This document shows positions 56,061 to 64,000 of a stretch of DNA of 64,000 nucleotides, piece by piece. The stretch comes from the human T2T-CHM13v2.0 reference genome, Homo sapiens. The stretch lies in the NCBI RefSeq assembly GCF_009914755.1, contig NC_060947.1. One strand, 5' to 3'. The notes below the pieces were generated by a model. The model saw nothing but the letters and a program-made list of their open reading frames with translations. It did no database searches and had not been told where the DNA came from. Made by a program: the position numbers and the translations under genes. Within the stretch, counting starts at the first letter, position 1, and each line of letters opens with the position of its first letter.

Positions 56061-56743
56061 CTTAGCAAGACTCAAAAGCATCTAGCTCCTAAGTACGGGA
56101 TTCGAACCTAGGTGTGATGGACCTCAAAACCAGAGCTCCTAACCTCCACTCTTTACTATTTCCCATGGAAACAGGCATGAATCATCTCAGCAAGAGCCCG
56201 TGGTGTTGTGCTGTCATGGTGTAACCGAAACTGTTTTATTATTACATTCTGAACTGACAAAGTCCAGAGCTCATTTCGTTTTGTTTTCTTTTATAACCCT
56301 TGAAATTATATCCAGCCTTATTCAAAGGCAAGGGAAATGGGTGACTTAGATTGTATGAGGGGCAGGAGAAGGTCACCTGCCAGCAGATGTGATGTTTCCA
56401 TTGTGAGCAATTCACATTTTCCTATTGAGGCATTGTTTGTTAAAATGCCGTATTTTGACTTGGTTCAACATACCAAATGGTTGTTAGCCGTTGGAACCTT
56501 AGTTTGCATTAGTTTGATGACTTGACCTTTCCAAAAATGGGGGGTTGAAAACTAGAGTTCTATAAAATGAGACAAAACAAAAGAACAAAGCAGACAGTTA
56601 AAAGGTCTCAAATGTGAGTTGCAAAACTGCCAGCTCCCGTATGACGTTTAAAAAGTCACTAGATTTCTCCAAGCTTTAGTTTTTTAAAAAATCTATAAAA
56701 TGGAAGTAATTATCTCAATGGATTGCTTTGAGGGTCTGATATA

Positions 56744-56926
56744 TAAGGTTATCAGATTTAGAAAATAAAAAAACAGGATGCCAAGTTATAGTTGAATTTC
56801 AAATATGCAACAGATAATGATGTAGTATAAGTATATCCCAAATATTGCATACAACCTACTAAATAATCTGTTTTGCATCTGAAATTCAAGTTTAACTGGG
56901 TATTCTATATTTTATTTGCAACCCTC
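56744..56926. mobile_element. MER53 MITE, near full length
   Basis: aggttatcagatttagaaaataaaaaaacaggatgccaagtta...tgaaattcaagtttaactgggtattctatattttatttgcaaccct. Confidence 0.8.
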
Positions 56927-56954
56927 CAGATAAATAATATACTGTAAAGCAACC

Positions 56955-57420
56955 TTGATTTGAGGATTTGTATTTAAATAATTTACTAAGAAACTACTCC
57001 CAGGGGTGACTGTGACCTGTAAGGGAGTAGGAAGAGGAGAACAGGGAGGGGAGGAGAAAGCCAAGCAAATGCAAAACTTCAGGGAATTCCTACAGAGCAG
57101 AGCTTCAGCCTGATCCTGCAGGGAGCTCTGGGATGTGAGTGACCTGGCAGATATGTCTCAGCCAGAGGTGGGGAAGCTGGACTTTGATATTACTTGCATC
57201 TCTCAGTTAGTGATTAAGGGGTACTTTCAGCTCTCTCTAGTAATTGGCAATGCAGGTCCAAGGGCCCTAGGGAAGCCCTGTAAAGAAGATCTGCAAATGC
57301 AAGTCATTGAAAAGGAAAACACATAGGGTGTGTGGGGACTTGGGAGGGGGGGGAGCAGCAACAGAAATGAAAAAGAGGGGATCTGAGGAAACTTGGAAAG
57401 GACACCAACTGTATGCACTA
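56955..57420 (-). mobile_element. Old ERVL LTR (LTR33/LTR16-like)
   Basis: tgaggatttgtatttaaataatttact...agggagtaggaag...agaaagccaagcaa...cagcctgatcctgcagggagctctgg. Confidence 0.5.
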
Positions 57421-57543
57421 TAGTGCCCTATAAACTTACTTATAGAGTACCATGTATGGTTGGTGACAGATTAAGAGGCAATGAGAAACAGGATTCTCAG
57501 TGAAGAAACCAAAGAGATAGATAGTGAAGGGCCCTACTCCCCA

Positions 57544-57625
57544 AAATGGTAAATGTCATAATTCTTCTGATAGTTCTAGCTATTAGAATTGCCAAATGGT
57601 AAATGTCATAATTCTTCTAATAGTT
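57544..57625. repeat. 32-bp direct duplication, period 50
   Basis: aaatggtaaatgtcataattcttct(g/a)atagtt at 57544-57575 and 57594-57625. Confidence 0.92.
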
Positions 57626-58691
57626 GTTCTAGTAGTTCTAACTAGATTTTGATGCTCATTTAGGAGGTTGGGTAGCATCTCCTCTCCAGTTTCATTTGCA
57701 TGTATCTGCGAATAATTCAGAAAGACTGCAGCCCCTACAGAACAACCTCCTCTTCACTGTGCTGTTGAAAGCCCAGCTGGAGGCAACTGTAAACTTACAA
57801 TCGCCAGCCCTTGCAGGACATCTCTTAGGGAAACTACAGAGCATAATTTGGAAGTCCATGAAGTGCTACATGGCTTTGTCTAAAATCTCATGGGGAGAAA
57901 TTGAATGGCCTTAAACTGATGCCCAAATTGCATATTTAAAAAACCCTCTAATTTGGAGGAAGTCTCCCCAGGAGGCTGTCTCTGCTGCTTGGCCTATAAA
58001 ACTCTAAATATTACAATTAAAAATAACAAAGTACACAACTGGAAAATAACATCTATTGAAATCATAATTTATTCATTTGTTTGTTTTTTTTCCCCCTTCT
58101 CTCTCCTTCAAATAATACCTCCACGACAAAAGGATCCTCTAGTATCACACTCACTCCCCCTCATTCCTGTGGGAGACTCCCAGGATGCAAAATGATAGGC
58201 AGCTGGGGCAGGGCATTTTGCCACTGCCTTCTGCATTATTTAGAGGCAATAAGGAGCAAACTGAGAAGCTGGGGAAAGAAGAAAAGAGTCTTTGGCAAGA
58301 CACATTGGAGTATTTCTTTTTAAGAATTGAGTGTTTGGGAATAAATGAATGGTGTAGTAGCAAAGTATAGAACAAGGTCTCTCAATTCTGTCAACTTCCA
58401 GGTACTAAGGCTGTCACAATGATAATGACATGCCTTTTAACTATTGAGCCCCTCCCTCCAAGAAGTTCCACCTAAGGAGATTATTTTAATGGAACCATGG
58501 TTCTTGAAACTGACCACTAGGGAGCAATTCTCATCGATATAGTTTAGCAACACATAGCTCTTTAGTGACTTTAGCCACAAGAATTTGGGGAGTTGGGATG
58601 TTTCCAAGCACAGTGTAATGAGCTCCTTTCAGAGAGGCACAGCTTTCTAGAGCAGAACTTCCCAATCACTGTGCTACAAATGGATAGAGGC

Positions 58692-58831
58692 AGGGTAACC
58701 ATATGTCACCGTTTGCTGGGGCAGTCTTGGTTTATATCTGTAGTCCCAGCAAAATTATTAATAGTGCCTCCTTTCACTAGAACCATTGTCCTAGTTTGGA
58801 TGATAAATATGAATGATAAAATATATGGTTA
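58692..58831. mobile_element. MER94-like (hAT-Blackjack) MITE
   Basis: agggtaaccatatgtc...gtttgctggggcagtcttggttta...tgtcctagtttggatgataaa...atatggtta. Confidence 0.7.
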
Positions 58832-59125
58832 TATGTGTGCCAAGATTTTTATCTCCCTAGTCTTCAGGGTGGCTAGAGTCACAGGGCTGTTTGCCTCAGG
58901 CTGTGAGCAATCTTGTCTATTTTGTTCCAGTCTGCTATACAAATATTAACAGTGGGCACAGGATAACTATGAACACTGCCATGGAGACAAGGTGGTCTTA
59001 GGTGAAAGAAGAAATAAGTACAGAGAAAATTAACATCTAGGATGCAAGTAATGCAGCCAAACTTTCCTTGTGAATTTGACAAATAGAAGTACTTGTGGTT
59101 CTCCTGTAAAGACCGTCTAATTCAA

Positions 59126-60200
59126 AACTGTCCAATAAAAACAAAATGCAACCAAAACCATAAGATACCACTTTACATTCTTTAGGATTCCTAACACTAA
59201 AAAGTCAGAAAATTACAAATGTTGATGAGGGCATGGAGAAATTAGAAACTTCGTACACTTCTGGTGGGAATAAATAATGGTGCAACCATCTTGGAGAACA
59301 GTCTGACTGGCTGTTCCTCAAAATGTTACACAGAGAGTTATTATATAACCTGGTAGTTCCACTCCTAGGTTTATACCCAAGTGAGATGTAAACAATGTCC
59401 ACACAAAACCTAGTACATGAATGTTTATAGCAACATTATTCCTAATAGACAAAACATGAAAACAACACAGATATTCATAAAGTGATGAATGATAAAGAAA
59501 ATAGGATGTATCCATACAATGGAATATTATTCAGCCATAAAAAGAGTGACGTATTGGTACATGATGCAACTTAGATGGACTTAAAAAGCATTATGAGAAG
59601 CAAAATAAGCCCATTGCAAAAGACCACATATTGTATGATTTTATTTGTTCGAAATATCCAGAATAGGCAAATCCACAGAGACAAGGATTAGATTAGTAGT
59701 TTCCAGTGGGCTGCAGGGAGGGGAGAATAGGGAGTGACTGCTAACAGGCAAAGGGTTATTTTTGGGTTTGATGAAAGTTTTCTAAAAATAGAAAGTGGTG
59801 ATGGTTGCAAACTCTGTGAATGTAGTAAAAATCAGCGAGTTGTACACTTCAAGAGAGTGAATTATATGGTATGTAAATCATATCTCAATAAATCCATAGC
59901 TTAATATGTATATACAACGCAAGCCACATGTATAATTATAAATTTCCTACTAGACACATTGATAGGTGAAAAAGTGCATATGATTTTAATAATGCACTTC
60001 ATTTTTAAACTATATTCAAAATATCATTTTAACATATAAGCAATGTTTTTTTAAATTGGTAAAATACTGTACATTCTTTTTATTGTACTCAGTGTTAAAA
60101 ATTCAGTTTTACACTCACAGTACATCTCAACTGAGACTAGCCACATTTTAAAAACTCAAATATCACATGGTACTGGCGGCCACCATAGTAGAGGGCGTGG
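59126..60200. mobile_element. MER33 MITE split by an L1MB
   Basis: ctgtccaataaaaacaaaatgcaa before the L1; gcaagccacatgtataatt...gactagccacattt...caccatagtagag after it. Confidence 0.7.
59155..59900 (+). mobile_element. L1MB 3' end
   Basis: acaaatgttgatgagggcatggagaaattagaa...catacaatggaatattattcagccataaaaag...aatatccagaataggcaaatccacagagaca...tatctcaataaa. Confidence 0.88.
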
Positions 60201-61183
60201 GTCTAAGTAATAGTTGTTAATAGCTGCTAGCTTATGGGTTTTGTGTGTGTAATAAGGCTACATCTGAAGACTAAAATAGCCTAAGCTCTTGAGAGAGTTT
60301 AGTAGAAGTGGAAACAAATGAAAACATGGTTTCATTGGGTTGTGATTATTCTTAGGGCCAGCTTGTTTGTACCTTCTAGCGTTATTGGTTATGCTGCCAA
60401 AGTAAATGTGGGACGCAGATGTTTTTGCTTTTTGTGGAAAAAAACACAAAGATACTAATTGAACCCATTTACCATTCATATTTTGACCTCCTGGATAAGT
60501 GTGTCCCAGCCACATGGTGAGTTAGCCTTCTTTGAAAAACTTCAACTTGCATATCATTTGCGTCATTTCTCTACTTTCTGAATCAGCCTAATACTCATTT
60601 TGACACTTCTAACTTATCTTGAAAGTCCCCGTTTTTTCATGTTCTAATTTTCTGTCCACCTGATGGTTTTCGGTTCCTTCAGGTCTTGACAGCATAGTAT
60701 AGAACACATCCTAACTCACTGTATGTTGTTCTGCCCATCCCCTGATTTCAGAGAGATGTAGGGTTTTCATTCTCCTGTAGGGAGACATAGGGGTTATTCA
60801 TGAAGCAGAGAAAGAAAAAAAAAAATAGAATATGGGGAAATAAGCAGATCTCTTTCCAAAAGCTGAGGTTTTCTAAGGAATATGGAAAATAAGAGGTTCC
60901 TAAAGGAAAATTTCTTGCCTGACCAAAAACATAATTATTTCTTTCATTAATTTAGGTGGATGTGTGTTTATGTTGACAATAGAGAATAAAGGGGGTGGTA
61001 AGCTCTATGCAAAGAGGGCTGTAAAGAACAGCTGTCAAGACATTTTCTTATGAGAATGAGAAGAGAACTACCTTTGCAACTTCAAAAATGGAGACATGGT
61101 ATTTGTACTTTTTCTTTTGCTACTAGACAGTGAAGTTCTTGGGACCTAAGGGCAGGGTTTTATCTTGTTCCTCTCTTTCTCCA

Positions 61184-61567
61184 CATCTTAGTCCATTTTG
61201 TGTTGTTATAACAAAATACCAGAATTGCCTAGAATACTGGGTAATTTATAAACAAGAGAAATATATTGGCTCACAGTTCTGGAGTTGGGGAGTCCAAGAG
61301 CATGACACTGACATCTGGTGAGGGTCCTCTTGCTGTATCATTGCATTATGGGAGGCAGAAGAGCAATAGAGTGCAAGAGAGCAAGAAGGGGCCAAACTTG
61401 CTTTTATAACAAGCCTACTCTCAAGATAACTAACCCACTCCCATGATAAGGACATTAATCTATTCATGACCAAATCACCTCTCATTAGGCACCACCTTCC
61501 GACACTGTTGCATTGGGGATTAAGTTTCCAACACATGAACTTTGGGGAACACATTTAAACCTTAGCA
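61184..61567 (-). mobile_element. MaLR solo LTR (MSTB-like)
   Basis: tcttagtccattttgtgttgttataacaaaatacc...ttggggattaagtttccaacacatgaactttgggg...cttagca; TSD ct(c/g)ca. Confidence 0.88.
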
Positions 61568-61797
61568 CTGCAGTACATATTTCACTTATTCTACAAGCAA
61601 CCATCCTGACCTGAGTTTGACTTGGGAAAGTTATTACAACAAAGTTCCTGTTCTTGATCCTTTGGGAGCTCTCTCATTATCCCTGTCTTAGAACTTGGTT
61701 TAGCTGGCTCCAGGGCTTTCATGATGGATGAGGTGTGGATTGGTTAGTTCCTCTTGCAATGGCCACTGCATTAGTTATCATAAAATTTCATGTAGAG

Positions 61798-61962
61798 CAG
61801 TGTTTCTCAAAGAGTGGTCCATGGTTGGGCATCAACAGCATCACCTGGGAATTTGATAGAAATGAAAAACTGTAGGTCCCTCTACAGATTTACTGAATCA
61901 GAAAATATGTTTTAACAAGCCCTCCAGGTGATTGTAATGTGTGCTAACGTTTGAGAATGCTG
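61798..61962. mobile_element. MER5A MITE
   Basis: cagtgtttctcaaagagtggtcc...tactgaatcagaaa...ttttaacaagccctccaggtgatt; TSD a(t/c)gtagag. Confidence 0.85.
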
Positions 61963-62119
61963 ACGTAGAGCATTCTGTGCTACATTGGTAGTATCTCATG
62001 CTTCACTTGAGGGGCTTTAAAAATAAATAAAAATGGAAATTGTGGAAGAACTCCACCTGACAAAAGTTCAAATAGTAGAATTAGAGAAAAGATGTGCAAA
62101 AACAGATTTGGGAATAATA

Positions 62120-62360
62120 ATCAGATCATTTGTTGAATGCCTGTCACGTATAAGACACTCTTCTAGCACCTTTTGCTTACATTCTCTCTATTCCTGACAA
62201 CAAATGTAAAAGGTCGGTAGTTATATATCCATTTATATCCCTATTTTATAGCAGATGCAACTTATTCAAAAGAGGTTAAGTAATGCATTCACGGTCAACA
62301 GCTAATAAGAGGCAGCAGTGAAATGGAAGTTGAAGCAAAGTCTGTGCACTTATAGCAACT
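62120..62360 (-). mobile_element. MIR SINE
   Basis: catttgttgaatgcct...tatccctattttatag...agaggttaagtaa...ggtcaacagctaataagaggcag. Confidence 0.72.
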
Positions 62361-62774
62361 AGACAGGAATAAATATGAATTTTGAGCTGTTGGTAAGTGG
62401 GGTATTGTTATTATGTACTTTTTTATTATGAAAAATGTTTCATGGCTGACATGGCATTTCTACTCTGTTTTAAAAGATTTTGGCAACAGCCATGAGCCAG
62501 TTCAACAATGTATGTCAGATTTGTTTAAAGGATTTTCAAACTGTAGCACAAAGACCAAGCCTGTGCAGGTCTCACATGTTCTTGTGTTTGATAACATCTA
62601 TTGTTTACAAAATGAGAGATGCTTTATCACAAGGGTTGTTCAATGGATTGGGCTTCTTACTGCTAATGTGACTTGGGTCTGTGAACTCAAAGATGAGAGT
62701 TGAGAGCAAGAGAGAGAGAAATTGTAAACTCTTATTCTCAGGGACTGGGTAGAAAAGGGAGAGGCTATCTAGAC

Positions 62775-63020
62775 CACTGACTTTTAATCTTGTTTGATCA
62801 AAACCCACAGTTAGAAATACATTGTATAATACATTTCAGGACATACATATGTACATATTTATAAAACAATCAATAATGAACAGAATATTTGTAGTTAGTA
62901 TGTATGACAAACACTGATGCTTGCTATTTTAGTCTATTTAACTTTTCATACTAGCCACCACCCACTGCAGAGATTTTGCATTCCACTAAGTAGCAACTTG
63001 CAATACTGAAAATATTAGAA
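62775..63020. mobile_element. MER112-like hAT MITE
   Basis: tttgatcaaaacccacagttagaaatacatt...; family assignment from memory. Confidence 0.45.
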
Positions 63021-63129
63021 TATTGAAAAACATTATTTAGAGCACACATTTTGGGGCAATTGAGGTGTTTTGAGGGCCTGGAATAAGGAATTAGTATTCC
63101 TCTAGTGGGAAGAAGATAATCAAAGAGGC

Positions 63130-63446
63130 TCTCATCTTGAATTGTAGCACCCATTATTCCCACGTGTTGTGGGTGGGACCTGGTGGGAGATAATGGAATC
63201 ATGGGGGTGGTTCTCCTACACTTCATAAGTCTCATGAGAGCTGTTGGTTTTATAAGGGGGAACGCCTTTTGCTAGGCTCTTATTTTCTCTCTTGTCTGCC
63301 ACCATGTAAGATGTGGCTTTTGCCTTCCACCATGATGGTGAGGCTTCCCCAGCCATGTGGAACTGAGTCCATTAAACCTCCTTTTGTCTACACATTACCC
63401 AGTCTCGGGTATGTCTTTGTCAGCAGCATGAAGGCTGACTAATACA
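63130..63446 (+). mobile_element. THE1 (B/C-like) MaLR LTR lacking its 5' terminus
   Basis: ctcatcttgaattgtagc...gggacctggtgggagataatggaatcatgggg...ccttccaccatgat...cccagtctcgggtatgtcttt...gactaataca. Confidence 0.9.
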
Positions 63447-63819
63447 CCAGGGGTGGCTCCACCCCTTTTGGGGCATTTGGAAATGGCTATGAGCATGATG
63501 TAGCTGTCGCAATGAGAGCGAGCACTGCTGGCGTTTGGTGGTTGGGGGATGGAATGCTGACTGTGGTGAGGAGCGTGGGCAATCTTGCATAGCAAAGTTT
63601 GTCCTGCCCAGCATGCCCATAGCTCTCCAGTGGAGGAATGCAATGTGGACCTTTTTGCCACCAAGCCAGTCTGGTCCCTCAGATCCCTAGCAGCCAAAGA
63701 CTAGATCCCAGGGACTCTTTGGGCTAGGCTCCTGTGGTTCCAAATGACGAAATTAATACCCCAGTCCTAAATCAGTGATGGCAAGAAACCTATCAGGGAA
63801 GCAACATGGATGACCAAGG

Positions 63820-64000
63820 CAGAATTTCTCAACCTCGGCACTGTTGATATTTGGGGCCAGATAATTTTTTGTCCTTGAGAGCCACCTTGTACTTTGAAGT
63901 ATATCTAGCAGCATCCCTGGCCTTAATGCTAGACGTCATAAGCACTGCTTTTCACCCCCCAGTTGTGACAACCAAAAGTATTGCCAGATATTGCCAAGTG
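63820..64000 (-). mobile_element. MER20, cut by window edge
   Basis: tttctcaacctcggcactgttgatatttggggccagataatt...gcagcatccctggcc...agttgtgacaaccaaaa...ccagatattgccaa. Confidence 0.85.

Overview
Primate (human-like; AluY present) AT-rich, CpG-depleted non-coding genomic DNA, intergenic or deep intronic. I see no protein-coding exon; the ORF track is explained by Alu, L1, LTR and low-complexity sequence or by chance. The only gene-derived feature is a minus-strand processed RPL17 pseudogene (~12361-12846) with two internal deletions. Much of the rest is interspersed repeat: Alus, old L1M/L2/MIR, MaLR and ERVL solo LTRs, and hAT/Tigger MITEs. Family names come from my recall of consensus sequences, and many boundaries are approximate. 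I found no evidence for a new gene-encoded system. The most unusual signal is a set of apparent template-switch scars. A ~54-bp copy of 48413-48466 sits inside the LTR at 24885-24938, 23.5 kb away. An inverted-plus-forward copy of 19965-20028 sits at 17766-17835 between 23-bp direct repeats. A 43-bp-arm hairpin lies inside a MIR at 39074-39169, and there are three smaller duplication/inversion clusters.
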